Shown: one piece after another, positions 20,652 through 30,029 of the stretch
How the letters are laid out: the number at the start of each line of letters is the position of its first letter
Position numbering within the stretch: position 1 is the first letter of the stretch
Virus record (IMG/VR): IMGVR_UViG_3300024283_000010
Span: 1-64,000 of that record
DNA length: 64,000 bases
Reading direction: 5' to 3' (one strand)
From: a virus
Taxonomy: Duplodnaviria; Caudoviricetes
The notes under the pieces: generated by a model
The model's input: only the letters and a program-made list of their open reading frames with translations
Told to the model about the DNA's origin: nothing
The model's database searches: none
Translations under genes and position numbers: made by a program

Positions 20652-21086
20652 TTAATTATTTTGTTTCAATTCAGTAAACCTAAATTCAGTCTGTAAGGCC
20701 AGCGGGATAAGAATATGAAGATTATGCATTAATGGCATCTCGTCAATCCCATCAAGTTTTAAAATAAATATCGCCTCTTCTTCACATGTTGATGCGTTCA
20801 TGGCATAATCATCAAACATTTTAAAGCAATAAACATTTGCCTGACCGCCCATAATGTCATCACCAAAACGCATAGTTGCAAAATGTGTCCAATCATCGGT
20901 ATTTGTTTGAACCCCTGTTTCTTCGAAGAACTCTCTAACCATTGATTGCTGCGGATTTTCATCACCTTCCATTTTGCCCCCAACGCCGTTAAGCTTGTCT
21001 TTTTGCCATTCTGGTTTTTGCTTTTCGATAAGCACGATATTTTCTTTGGCGAAATCGAATGCGAATCCAAGTACGTAATTTTTCAT
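20652..21086 (-). CDS. Nudix hydrolase
   Basis: Nudix box G-x5-E-x7-RE-x2-EE-x-G: GKMEGDENPQQSMVREFFEETG. Confidence 0.9.
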   Translation of the reverse strand: MKNYVLGFAFDFAKENIVLIEKQKPEWQKDKLNGVGGKMEGDENPQQSMVREFFEETGVQTNTDDWTHFATMRFGDDIMGGQANVYCFKMFDDYAMNASTCEEEAIFILKLDGIDEMPLMHNLHILIPLALQTEFRFTELKQNN

Positions 21087-21379
21087 TGCTTGTTTTCTCC
21101 TTTCTTAGATTGCTCCTTAACCGGATGCTTCTTAAGATACTGCACTTTAATTAGGCTGTCAATATGCATAACGGCCTTGTGAAGCTGATTGTATTGCGCT
21201 GTTGACACCTTATCGGAATTACCTGATACCTGATCAAGTTGGCTCATAAGGTTGTCGATGAGTATTGCATCTTGTTCGCTGAAGTGATACTTGTTTGTGT
21301 CGGGCTTGGTGGTTTGCGCTTTTAAAACCCCGGAAAACAGGGGAATTAAAATTAGGGCGGTAAGGATTGCTTTTTTCAT
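21083..21379 (-). CDS. Small secreted protein
   Basis: Signal peptide MKKAILTALILIPLFSGVLKA-Q. Confidence 0.6.
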   Translation of the reverse strand: MKKAILTALILIPLFSGVLKAQTTKPDTNKYHFSEQDAILIDNLMSQLDQVSGNSDKVSTAQYNQLHKAVMHIDSLIKVQYLKKHPVKEQSKKGENKQ

Positions 21380-21705
21380 TTTGGTTGTTTAAATATAAAA
21401 GTTGAATCATTAATAAACTTAACGTATTTGCGGTTGAATTTGACGGTTATGGTATCATTTTTAGGTGCGCTTATAGATAATATTTCGTCGGGTGTATTAA
21501 ACCATATGAACTTTGCCGGTTGCCAAGAAAGTGGGTGCACCGAAAAATCAATTAAACTTGTATCGGCAGTTGAAACAACCCTTCCAGATGTGAAGTTAGG
21601 CGTCATTGGAAATCTACCTACATGCAATGTTGTCGTATCTTGTTTCGTTTGCGCCCCCGCCGTCAGACAGGCGAGGAGGAGTAAGAGGGTGAATGAGTGT
21701 TTCAT
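21376..21705 (-). CDS. Small secreted protein
   Basis: Signal peptide MKHSFTLLLLLACLTAGA-Q. Confidence 0.6.
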   Translation of the reverse strand: MKHSFTLLLLLACLTAGAQTKQDTTTLHVGRFPMTPNFTSGRVVSTADTSLIDFSVHPLSWQPAKFIWFNTPDEILSISAPKNDTITVKFNRKYVKFINDSTFIFKQPK

Positions 21706-21859
21706 AATCTATCGTTTAATAAATCATCAAAAGCCTTATATGAACGTGTAATTTCTTCCTGATCGTCCTTTATCCACTCTTTGTAAGTATTACACAGCCA
21801 TTTTAAATGGTTTATGTACCATAATAGACAGGCAATTATCAGGATGTAAATTACGTGTA

Positions 21860-22138
21860 TCATAATGATGCTTCTTTTATAAATACGCAACCTTTAATAA
21901 ATTGAACTTCAACTACCTTGTATAAGTAAGGGATGAATTGTTTAATAATATCTTCGGTAGCTTCTATTCGCGTCACTTCTCGTTTTTCGCGATATTTAGA
22001 AGTTACTATATAAACAAATTCTCCGTTGAGGCTTTTGAGTGTTTCAACTTCGCCTATAATTGTAAATGGCCTATTGCCCGGTTTTCTATATTTCATAATA
22101 TCGGTGTTGTTTTCATCTGTACAAATTATTTTTATCAA
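21860..22138 (-). CDS. Hypothetical protein
   Basis: 92-aa ORF in the leftward gene run. Confidence 0.45.
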   Translation of the reverse strand: MIKIICTDENNTDIMKYRKPGNRPFTIIGEVETLKSLNGEFVYIVTSKYREKREVTRIEATEDIIKQFIPYLYKVVEVQFIKGCVFIKEASL

Positions 22139-22193
22139 TCGGTGTAAATATCCAAATTAGGATGAGGATGATGGCTAAGAGTTTTCTCATTTG

Positions 22194-22502
22194 TTACTTT
22201 TTAATGCGAATCCATTGTCCGAATGTTAATGAACTATCTGAAGCTAGGTAATTTAAATACCTTTCCTTTGAGCGGTGATTCTTAGCTCTAAGTTTAGATA
22301 CCGGTGTAAATGTTTTCAAGTACTCTACTTTATAGGTAGGATGACAAGGCAATGACTCTTTCTTTTCGTCATCATGAAAGGTAACACCAATATAATTACC
22401 AATGTCTTTAGTTATGCTACCTTTTCTACCATTAACTATTACATCTCTGCCATAATCAGCAGGAACTTGGTAATATTGTTTTATATATTCGAAATCTTTC
22501 AT
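22194..22502 (-). CDS. Hypothetical phage protein
   Basis: 102 aa; 'YIKQYYQVPA..GR.V..NG..G.I....GNYIGV' SH3-like phage pattern. Confidence 0.55.
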   Translation of the reverse strand: MKDFEYIKQYYQVPADYGRDVIVNGRKGSITKDIGNYIGVTFHDDEKKESLPCHPTYKVEYLKTFTPVSKLRAKNHRSKERYLNYLASDSSLTFGQWIRIKK

Positions 22503-22506
22503 CTTT

Positions 22507-23136
22507 CTACTTTTTAATGCTTTCTAACAACTCTTTGGCCGAATCTCGTTCCTCTTTGTATTCATCTTTGGTATAAACGTCATAAGTAGCTTCTAAACAC
22601 TCGAGCAACGCTTCCAGCGCCTTAGTCAACCTTTCTATGGTGGTGGATTGGGTGGAGGCGACAAAATCAGGATCATGAGCTATTCTAAACTTAGTGAACT
22701 CCACGCCAAGCCAAAATTTATCATAGTCGCCTATCACAGTTGTAAAGTGTCCATTAGGCTTATAATCTATGTTTTTCTCTTTCAAGAACCACCTGAAGCC
22801 ATCTGAATTGTCGTGCACGTTTTGAAGTATTTCCTCTACCGTACCTGCTACTGGTGGGGATAAGGATTTTACACAGCTTATGATTTCATCCAATTCACAA
22901 TCAACCAAATCGGTTAGGCCATGTGTTTTTAATAGATCATATAGGGGCTGATAATTAGTTGCTTGATTTTCTGTTACTAGTGGGGACTCGCGGTCTTTAA
23001 ATTGGCAACCATACTCTTTAGCTATGGAAATAGCATCACTTTTTTGTATAGTGTAAATCTGGCGTCCCTTATCCCAAAAAGTTTCGGTTTGATTATCAAA
23101 CATTTCTTCAGCGGTTTTTATTTGTTTCTTTTCCAT
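22507..23136 (-). CDS. Hypothetical protein
   Basis: 209-aa ORF directly downstream of tnpB. Confidence 0.55.
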   Translation of the reverse strand: MEKKQIKTAEEMFDNQTETFWDKGRQIYTIQKSDAISIAKEYGCQFKDRESPLVTENQATNYQPLYDLLKTHGLTDLVDCELDEIISCVKSLSPPVAGTVEEILQNVHDNSDGFRWFLKEKNIDYKPNGHFTTVIGDYDKFWLGVEFTKFRIAHDPDFVASTQSTTIERLTKALEALLECLEATYDVYTKDEYKEERDSAKELLESIKK

Positions 23137-23245
23137 GTTAGGGTAAACTTTATATAAACTTTCGTTAAAATAATTCTTGCTTCTTAGCCCCGGCTAATGC
23201 CGACAACTCCACAAGCTCACCGGCACGTTTCATGCCTGATTTCTT
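23123..23245 (-). ncRNA. Putative TnpB omegaRNA 3' part (scaffold overlapping the end of tnpB, plus guide)
   Basis: Hairpins GGCATG-AAA-CGTGCC and CGGC-ATTA-GCCG, GAAGCAAGAA, degenerate terminal hairpin then AGTTTAC; flank CCTAACATGGAAAAGAAACA would be the guide. Confidence 0.45.
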
Positions 23246-24304
23246 TATATTTATCGCTGCGTTGTGATCTCTTGATAAAGACAGCCCACATGCGCATTTA
23301 TAATGTCTTTCTGATAATGGCATATCCTTTATGCCACCGCAATTAGAACAAGTCTTAGTACTTGCTTCAAATATGCCTATCTGAATAATATTCTTTCCTC
23401 TCCAATCAGCTTTATATTTAAGCATATTTACGAATGAACTCCAACTTGCTGAACTGATAGCCAATGCCAACTTATGGTTTTTAACCATTCCGCTAATGTT
23501 CAAATCTTCTAGGCAGATAGTATCATAATGATTGGTTATCTCATGCGATACAGTATGTAAGAAATGATAGCGGCTATTATTTATTTTTTCATACAATTTG
23601 GATAACTTAAGAATTGCGTTTTTTCTATTTTTACTGCCTTTTTTCTTTCTGCTCAATCTCCGATGAAGTACTTTTAATCGCTGTAACGATTGCTGAAGAT
23701 GTTTAGGATTTTCTATTTCTATACCATCGGAAAGTACGGCAAACGTTTTTAACCCTAGGTCTAAACCAATTGTAGTATCAATATTAACTGGCTTTTTTGC
23801 CACCGGTAATGACGAATCGTCAACTATAAGCGAAGCAAAGTATTTATTAGTTTTGGATTTACTAACTACAACATGTCTAATGTCACCTGCTAAATTTCTG
23901 TGATTTACTATCTTTATTCCCTCTCTGAATTTCTGTATAAAAAGAGTATTACCTTTTATGTTGCAGTTGTATCTTAAGCTAAATGATTGATTGGAATTCT
24001 TGTTTTTAAATTTTGGGAACTTGCTTCTCCTGGCAAAAAAATTATTAAAGGCCAAATCGAGTGTTGACATAGACGCAGCCAGTGCATCATAACTTACCTC
24101 TTTTAACCAATCGTGATCCTTTCTTAACTCTGTCATCTGTTTTTGCAGATCGTAGTTTGATAAATTAACGCGGTGGGTTTGGTATGCATATGATTTGGTT
24201 TCCAAAGCAAGATTATAGATAAACCTACAGCAATTCATATGTTTATCCATTAACGCCGTTTGGGCATCCGTAGGGTATAATCTGAATTTAAAAACTTTAA
24301 TCAT
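23165..24304 (-). CDS. tnpB: RNA-guided endonuclease TnpB (IS200/IS605 family), no tnpA nearby
   Basis: 'FKFRLYPT', RuvC I 'IGLDLG', RuvC II 'CLEDL', Zn ribbon 'TCSNCG..CACG', RuvC III 'RDHNAA'; catalytic D-E-D intact. Confidence 0.92.
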   Translation of the reverse strand: MIKVFKFRLYPTDAQTALMDKHMNCCRFIYNLALETKSYAYQTHRVNLSNYDLQKQMTELRKDHDWLKEVSYDALAASMSTLDLAFNNFFARRSKFPKFKNKNSNQSFSLRYNCNIKGNTLFIQKFREGIKIVNHRNLAGDIRHVVVSKSKTNKYFASLIVDDSSLPVAKKPVNIDTTIGLDLGLKTFAVLSDGIEIENPKHLQQSLQRLKVLHRRLSRKKKGSKNRKNAILKLSKLYEKINNSRYHFLHTVSHEITNHYDTICLEDLNISGMVKNHKLALAISSASWSSFVNMLKYKADWRGKNIIQIGIFEASTKTCSNCGGIKDMPLSERHYKCACGLSLSRDHNAAINIKKSGMKRAGELVELSALAGAKKQELF

Positions 24305-24311
24305 TTTTCCT

Positions 24312-24908
24312 TTAAATGTTACTTTTTATTGGGTGGTTAAATAAATCAATTATTTGTTGTAGTCTTTTGATAGTAAGCCGGCCATCGTGGTCGAAATTAT
24401 GAAGGCAAACCAAATCTGTTACTTTATCGCCCTCTATAGCCTCTATAAATAGCACCTCATTTGGTGTACCGATACATCCTAAGCTAAGCAATCTATTTCT
24501 GCCAATATCCATAACATGGGAGTTCATAACAGTGAAATGAGGCATTTTAGAAAACCCCATCTTAATAGCGATTTCTTCTGTCACCCACTCTCCAAACTTC
24601 CCTTCCCCCTCTTTCTGCTTGACTATTGGTACCCAGATTTGGCGTTTTTTATACTTTGGATCAGTGCCGTCACTTACATTTACCCATTTCTTACTGAGTG
24701 GTAATTGCTCCTGCCATTGCAGATAAGCCATCACAGTTTCCCCTCGTTCGGTGTTGGCTATGGAGGGGCAGGGGTGCTCGGCTAAATTTTCCTTAGTATT
24801 CCAATCACGCCAATTCGTGTTAAAATAACCACCATCTATATATTGTTCATGTGGGTTGACGCGCTTTCCCATGTAGTTGCTTACTGTTATTGCTGTTGGT
24901 TGGTTCAT
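24312..24908 (-). CDS. Hypothetical protein
   Basis: 198-aa ORF ending 7 nt before the tnpB start. Confidence 0.55.
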   Translation of the reverse strand: MNQPTAITVSNYMGKRVNPHEQYIDGGYFNTNWRDWNTKENLAEHPCPSIANTERGETVMAYLQWQEQLPLSKKWVNVSDGTDPKYKKRQIWVPIVKQKEGEGKFGEWVTEEIAIKMGFSKMPHFTVMNSHVMDIGRNRLLSLGCIGTPNEVLFIEAIEGDKVTDLVCLHNFDHDGRLTIKRLQQIIDLFNHPIKSNI

Positions 24909-24911
24909 GGC

Positions 24912-25109
24912 TTAATTATTTAAAAGTGAATATCCTTCGTTCCAACTGGCATCAAGTCTCCAACGCCAAAATTCATAAGGGGCACATCTAACGCCATCCT
25001 CAAGAACTATTTTGCCGTTTTCCATAGTCATCCATTCCATGCTATCAAAATAACGATGGGTAACTTTTTGCCCGTCTTTCATGGCTTGTATTGCTTCTTC
25101 TTTGGTCAT
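24912..25109 (-). CDS. Hypothetical phage protein
   Basis: 65 aa; 'EAIQAMKDGQKVTHRYF' pattern common in phages. Confidence 0.55.
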   Translation of the reverse strand: MTKEEAIQAMKDGQKVTHRYFDSMEWMTMENGKIVLEDGVRCAPYEFWRWRLDASWNEGYSLLNN

Positions 25110-25112
25110 GGG

Positions 25113-25340
25113 TTACTTACTTGCTGTTGGGGTTAATAATTCAATGAATTGATTAAACTTTTTATCGCTTAATGTGAAAAATGCAAGTTCGTCATCTATA
25201 AAGGCGTCATATTGCCTTTTTGAGATGAACTTTTGTAATTTTGATGCAAACCCATAAAAGGGATGATCGATAATTCGTTTGCCTGAATCATCATATAACG
25301 TGTAACATAATCCATTGCTACTTATTTCCAGCTTTTTCAT
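25113..25340 (-). CDS. Hypothetical protein
   Basis: 75-aa ORF tightly packed in the operon. Confidence 0.45.
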   Translation of the reverse strand: MKKLEISSNGLCYTLYDDSGKRIIDHPFYGFASKLQKFISKRQYDAFIDDELAFFTLSDKKFNQFIELLTPTASK

Positions 25341-25382
25341 AATTCTTTCTCCATTTTAACCCACCCGAACAAGAGCAGGTGA

Positions 25383-25658
25383 TTAATCTTGTGCTTCTTT
25401 AGTACATTTTTCACAGACAGCATAACCGTCATCTTCAGAAACGGAATAAGCTGTATCGGGCAAAATATCACCACCACAGCTTTCACAAATTTGAATTTCT
25501 TCTTCTGTTTCCTTATCAACAACGGCCTGTAAGTCAAACGCGTCAGTCATATAGTCAACAACTGATAGGTTTTTAGCTTTTTCAATGGCTTCTTTAGCTG
25601 TTTCAGCATCTACATCGTATGAGATGCGCTTTACTAACTCTACTGTGTACTTTTTCAT
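25383..25658 (-). CDS. Hypothetical protein with Zn-finger
   Basis: 'V.AET.KEAIEKA' pattern and CxxC...CxxC. Confidence 0.55.
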   Translation of the reverse strand: MKKYTVELVKRISYDVDAETAKEAIEKAKNLSVVDYMTDAFDLQAVVDKETEEEIQICESCGGDILPDTAYSVSEDDGYAVCEKCTKEAQD

Positions 25659-26110
25659 TTCGCTTTAATTTTAACCCACCCAAAACCTATTAGGTCAGAG
25701 GGGGATAGGGTGATTGGTTTGTTGTCTTCGGATAGGTAGGTGAAGGGCGTAATAAAGCCGTTTAGCCGTAGATAATCAACAATACACAGCCGAACTTCTT
25801 TATAGTCAAAGGTGCTTAAATACCGCTTGTTTTCGCCTAATATTTCCTTCAATTCTTTGCCTTCAACCACATCCAAATGATCTTTTCTATATCCCCGCAA
25901 AACAGCTATTTCAAGCAATTGTGTATCCGTTAGTTGATCTACTGACCTTAAATGAATTTGCAATCCATTGCACGTGATATTATGCCCATCTACAGGATAA
26001 ATCTGTTTATCCCAAAATGGATCAGCTTCCGAATCTTCGTACTTCAAAACTTCCTGTTTCCAATACAGTGCAAAGAATTGTGCTTTTAATTTATTGCTTG
26101 GTGTGTTCAT
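25655..26110 (-). CDS. Hypothetical phage protein
   Basis: 151-aa ORF overlapping its neighbour by 4 nt. Confidence 0.55.
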   Translation of the reverse strand: MNTPSNKLKAQFFALYWKQEVLKYEDSEADPFWDKQIYPVDGHNITCNGLQIHLRSVDQLTDTQLLEIAVLRGYRKDHLDVVEGKELKEILGENKRYLSTFDYKEVRLCIVDYLRLNGFITPFTYLSEDNKPITLSPSDLIGFGWVKIKAK

Positions 26111-26120
26111 TGGGTTGGGG

Positions 26121-26375
26121 TTATTTAATGAATGATTCGATGTTTATTTTCTGTATCCTGTTAGCGTCTTCATATTCTAAGCCGTCCATACAGGCGTCAC
26201 GAACCGCTTCACCCACTTGCCGGGCGTACCAGTTAGCATAATTCTGAATGTCACTTGCAAGTTTAACTTTGTCGCCTATCCAGTTAGTAGCGTTCTCGTG
26301 ATACGATATTGAAATCTTACGCGGTTCCTCACGTATTTTTGACATGGGTATTGGGGTGTAGTCGGGTTGGTTCAT
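26121..26375 (-). CDS. Hypothetical protein
   Basis: 84-aa ORF. Confidence 0.45.
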   Translation of the reverse strand: MNQPDYTPIPMSKIREEPRKISISYHENATNWIGDKVKLASDIQNYANWYARQVGEAVRDACMDGLEYEDANRIQKINIESFIK

Positions 26376-26386
26376 CTTTTTTGGTT

Positions 26387-26683
26387 TTATCCCCTGAGAG
26401 GGGGTTCTTCATCAGGGTTTGTAATAGTCAGCTTCACTTCAAGACCAGTTGATTGTTCAATCGCATTCTTAACGAGATTGGATGTATCAGCATTCACAAT
26501 AAAGTGCTTCACATCGTCTTGTTTGACTACAATGGTGGCGCTTATGGATGGCCTGCTGAATAAACTATCTGGCAATACTAATCCCACGCCTATACACACT
26601 TCGTCAAATTCTGTGTATTGTGGCCGCTTAGTGGCTTTTACTGTTCCTTTGCTGTTTACTGTTAGATAAAAATTTGTTTTCAT
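26387..26683 (-). CDS. Hypothetical protein
   Basis: 98-aa ORF. Confidence 0.5.
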   Translation of the reverse strand: MKTNFYLTVNSKGTVKATKRPQYTEFDEVCIGVGLVLPDSLFSRPSISATIVVKQDDVKHFIVNADTSNLVKNAIEQSTGLEVKLTITNPDEEPPLRG

Positions 26684-26700
26684 TTTTCTCCCCCTTTTAA

Positions 26701-26907
26701 TTATTGTTCACTTTCGGTATCAGCCCAATCATAATGAGGCTCGCCGATAGTTTGTTCAAAGCCATCCCAATCACCTTTTGATTTCGGCTGATCGGTCCCC
26801 CTTTGTGAAACCGCCTTATTCAAAGCATCTTCTTTTGACATTCCTGAATTATGCTCGTAAGCATAGGCGGCTCTTTGCTGTCCGCGTGTTGGATTTTTGT
26901 GTGACAT
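26701..26907 (-). CDS. Hypothetical protein
   Basis: 68-aa ORF. Confidence 0.45.
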   Translation of the reverse strand: MSHKNPTRGQQRAAYAYEHNSGMSKEDALNKAVSQRGTDQPKSKGDWDGFEQTIGEPHYDWADTESEQ

Positions 26908-26947
26908 AATTGGTTTTTAATTATTGTTACCTATTGATAGGGTGTGG

Positions 26948-27430
26948 TTATTTGATCCGTTGACAATTTTCAGGCTGTTCACAGTACTCCAATTCCCAAA
27001 GTATATTTTCACTTGGAGAAAACTTTTCAATTAGATCGGGCCTATCAGTGGCGTATAAGCCAATAGTTGTATTGAGATTATACTGCATGTTACGGTAGTG
27101 CTTGCAAACATCTGTTAATGATGCTTTTTGCACCCAATAATCAACTTCTTCATATCTAAAAAACCCTTTAAAAAGACGTACATAACAGGCCGGTACCGAA
27201 ACTTCATCAGCGTTAAATAATTCCATGGCTACCTGTAAGCCAACATCTTTGTAGATATATCGCTTCAGGTTATTGAACTGTATTAATACGCATTTAAGCG
27301 ACTGGGAATAACCTAACATCATTATATTAGTTGATTCGATTATTTTTAAATCATATGATGCCAAATTGCTATCGGCAAAATATAGTTCTCCATTTATTTG
27401 GATTAAAATATCATTCCATGTTGTCTTCAT
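26948..27430 (-). CDS. KTSC-domain protein
   Basis: 'STNIMMLGYS....LIQFNN..RYIYKDV...V..ELFNA' resembles the KTSC pattern. Confidence 0.55.
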   Translation of the reverse strand: MKTTWNDILIQINGELYFADSNLASYDLKIIESTNIMMLGYSQSLKCVLIQFNNLKRYIYKDVGLQVAMELFNADEVSVPACYVRLFKGFFRYEEVDYWVQKASLTDVCKHYRNMQYNLNTTIGLYATDRPDLIEKFSPSENILWELEYCEQPENCQRIK

Positions 27431-27476
27431 ATCTTTGGTGTTTTACTGTTTTATATTGATTAGGGGGTTAAAAAAC

Positions 27477-27695
27477 TTATTGGAAAAGTACACTATGATG
27501 CTCTTTAAGAAGCTGGCACAAATTATTTGCTTGTTCGGAGTCAAATTCGATCTGATATGAATAATCTCCCGGTTTACCAATAGCAACAACCTTGTCTGAT
27601 TCAATTATCAAACGCCCATTTTCTTTATTAATAACAGCAATGATTTTAGGCGAGTTTTCATTTACACTTTGCAGTAATCTTTTTATTGTTTTCAT
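27477..27695 (-). CDS. Hypothetical protein
   Basis: 72-aa ORF. Confidence 0.45.
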   Translation of the reverse strand: MKTIKRLLQSVNENSPKIIAVINKENGRLIIESDKVVAIGKPGDYSYQIEFDSEQANNLCQLLKEHHSVLFQ

Positions 27696-27773
27696 ACTTT
27701 TTAATTTATTAAGTGATTAATCTTTTTCATAATCTTAAGTTTAGTTTCTATTAATACCCCGGCTGTAGTTCAG

Positions 27774-28139
27774 CTACCAGTAAATCTTTTTGTCAATACT
27801 ATCCTGTCTCGCTGCGTACAACTTCCACAATTTTTGATACAATCGATAGCATTCGTTAGCCATACGCCTGTACTTTTCATCATCTGTTTTGTAGTACATG
27901 GCGGCATAGATGTAGTATTGTTTGTCTACGCTATCAGCTTTCATTCCGATTGATATTCTTCGAATTGATAAATCAGTCCAAAGTTTTAAGGTATCAACAT
28001 CCGGTATCCTGCTATGCTCAATGATAAACGTTGTTGTGTCTACATCACTTGCCTGCCGCTTACTTTTCTCACATCCAATCCCCAAAATTATCAAAATGGC
28101 GAGGAGGCAGGCGGTTTCTGCTTGTGAAAATTTTCTCAT
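27774..28139 (-). CDS. Putative lipoprotein
   Basis: Hydrophobic stretch ending in lipobox-like LGIG-C. Confidence 0.5.
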   Translation of the reverse strand: MRKFSQAETACLLAILIILGIGCEKSKRQASDVDTTTFIIEHSRIPDVDTLKLWTDLSIRRISIGMKADSVDKQYYIYAAMYYKTDDEKYRRMANECYRLYQKLWKLYAARQDSIDKKIYW

Positions 28140-28339
28140 GGTTTACGTCTCCTTATTTTAGCCAATGCGTTTCTCAAATATTTATTTTTAATTTCTTTTG
28201 ATAAAACATCCATAAGATCGCGTAAATCACTTAACATTTCTTCGCCAATCCCAGATTCGTCACCGTCAGTATTTGACGAAACGAAATCGATAGCCTCACT
28301 AACTGCATGAATACCTTTAGACAGGTCTTTAATTTTCAT
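28136..28339 (-). CDS. Hypothetical protein
   Basis: 67-aa ORF. Confidence 0.45.
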   Translation of the reverse strand: MKIKDLSKGIHAVSEAIDFVSSNTDGDESGIGEEMLSDLRDLMDVLSKEIKNKYLRNALAKIRRRKP

Positions 28340-28359
28340 TCTCTTTCCTTTTTTAATGG

Positions 28360-28587
28360 TTACGCGGAACGGGTTAAATCCTTAATTGGCTTGTTCAGGC
28401 GTTTTGATATAAGCGTCAAAACATCTATGCCAATGAGACGAGGCTTGTTATCGCGCAGGTATCTATACATTGTACCCTCGGTTGTGTTCAGCAATTTTTG
28501 AATGTCAATGAATAAATCCTTGTTATCTTTAATAGCCTCTATTGTTTCGTTTGATAATTCCATAATACAAATATCTTTTACTGCCAA
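28360..28587 (-). CDS. Small HTH (Cro/XRE-like) regulator
   Basis: 'IQKLLNTTEGTMYRYL' helix-turn-helix pattern. Confidence 0.55.
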   Translation of the reverse strand: MAVKDICIMELSNETIEAIKDNKDLFIDIQKLLNTTEGTMYRYLRDNKPRLIGIDVLTLISKRLNKPIKDLTRSA

Positions 28588-28634
28588 AGCCCCATTTAAG
28601 GGGCCATAGACAAGTGAGTGCAGAGCTTTCAGAA

Positions 28635-29513
28635 CTACACATCAATGCCTGTAATGTCTTTAAATATATCCTTGTCGAAGTTTGGAAGTTTCTGGAATGA
28701 CTCTTTAGCTGCATCGCTCCAATTATTCCAAGCATTTTGAAACGCTTCTTTATATGGTAAATTTTTTATATAACCACCAGTCGTAACGTAGTATGGGTAC
28801 ATTACCTTTTCTTCATCTGACATTTTATAATCAGGAATAAAAATAGTAGTATCTATTTGTGATAAATACTTATAAGCATCTGAATTAATAAAATCTTCAT
28901 AAGTCCAATCAGAAGGCTTATTAAATAGCATGTAATTTGGTGTAACCAAATTATTAAAAGCCCCGGCGTTGTCGTTCCCGGCGTTGCTGTACCCGGCGTT
29001 TCTGTTCCCGGCGTTGTAGTTCCCGGCGTTGTAGTTCCCGGCGTTGCTGTACCCGGCGTTTCTGTTCCCGGCGTTGTCGTTCCCGGCGTTGCTGTACCCG
29101 GCGTTGTCGTTCCCGGCGTTGCTGTACCCGGCGTTTCTGTTCCCGGCGTTGTCGTTCCCGGCGTTGTAGTTCCCGGCGTTTCGAATGCCTGAATTACCTT
29201 TTCCTAAATTGCATAATTCAAGAACTTCAAGCCATGATAATTCTCTTATTAATTCTATGGCATTGGTGCAAGATTTATTATCTTGCGTTACTGGCGTCCC
29301 GTGATCTATAATTTCAAACACCCGATTTGAGGTATTAAAATCATAATAACTGAAACAGTCAACGCATTCTACACAGTAATGAAATCCTGAATTGCAAGGC
29401 GAAACAACGCCAGTGTGTTTAAATATTTTATTAAGTTCATATTGGTACGAACGACATTGCATGTTAGAATCGGTTACCTTGTAACCTTTAATTTGTACTT
29501 TTTCTTTTTTCAT
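28635..29513 (-). CDS. Phage pentapeptide-repeat protein
   Basis: N-terminal 'GYK..D.NMQCR.YQYE..K......PC..GFHYC' domain, 15 x NAGxx repeats, C-terminal 'LPNFD..IF..ITGI'; ATG 29513 preferred. Confidence 0.75.
   Translation of the reverse strand: MKKEKVQIKGYKVTDSNMQCRSYQYELNKIFKHTGVVSPCNSGFHYCVECVDCFSYYDFNTSNRVFEIIDHGTPVTQDNKSCTNAIELIRELSWLEVLELCNLGKGNSGIRNAGNYNAGNDNAGNRNAGYSNAGNDNAGYSNAGNDNAGNRNAGYSNAGNYNAGNYNAGNRNAGYSNAGNDNAGAFNNLVTPNYMLFNKPSDWTYEDFINSDAYKYLSQIDTTIFIPDYKMSDEEKVMYPYYVTTGGYIKNLPYKEAFQNAWNNWSDAAKESFQKLPNFDKDIFKDITGIDV
28956..29180 (-). repeat. 15 x 15-nt coding tandem repeat (AAC GCC GGG NNN NNN)
   Basis: Identical 9-nt core in every unit; encodes NAGNY/NAGND/NAGNR/NAGYS/NAGAF. 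Confidence 0.95.
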
Positions 29514-29681
29514 GTTTTTGAAAGCTTTTAAATAAAATTGATATGCAATGTTACGAACTATATTTATTATATGCAAATTTATTTTGAGAAATATTTTCAC
29601 TTTTATTTCCTAATATCAAAACTTATCCCCAACTTTGTTCCCACACCCCGAAAGATTGGAGGGGGGGGGGAAAGAAAAAAT

Positions 29682-29891
29682 ATGGCAAACAAATATTCAA
29701 AAACCCCATGCAATATCAAAATGAAGCTAATGTCAAAAGATATTAATATTGAAAAGGTTTGTACTAACCTATGGGATGTTTACATTTTCGAAAGAGATAT
29801 ACCAACAAAGCACGGTTTGCAGTTTTCAGGTAAGCCTTATATAATAGGCAAAATATATTTGGATGCTATTGCTAATACTGGAGGATATTAA
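29682..29891 (+). CDS. Hypothetical protein
   Basis: In-frame ATG after the G-run; first gene of a short rightward block. Confidence 0.4.
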   Translation: MANKYSKTPCNIKMKLMSKDINIEKVCTNLWDVYIFERDIPTKHGLQFSGKPYIIGKIYLDAIANTGGY

Positions 29892-29894
29892 ATC

Positions 29895-30023
29895 ATGGAT
29901 AGTATACAATGCCCGACCTGTTTTGGAACTGGCTATATAAGAAAGTCATCCAATAGGGTAATTACATGTTATTCATGCAATGGAAGCAAAAGAGTTGTAG
30001 TTATTAATCGCCCTAAAAAATAA
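29895..30023 (+). CDS. 42-aa DnaJ-type zinc-finger peptide
   Basis: Read manually: CPTCFGTG...CYSCNGSK (CxxCxGxG repeats). Confidence 0.55.
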   Translation: MDSIQCPTCFGTGYIRKSSNRVITCYSCNGSKRVVVINRPKK

Positions 30024-30029
30024 ACAATT

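Noticed and set aside
28956-29180. CRISPR-like or second guide array
   Set aside because: The 15-nt units are in frame inside a pentapeptide-repeat ORF and have no spacers.
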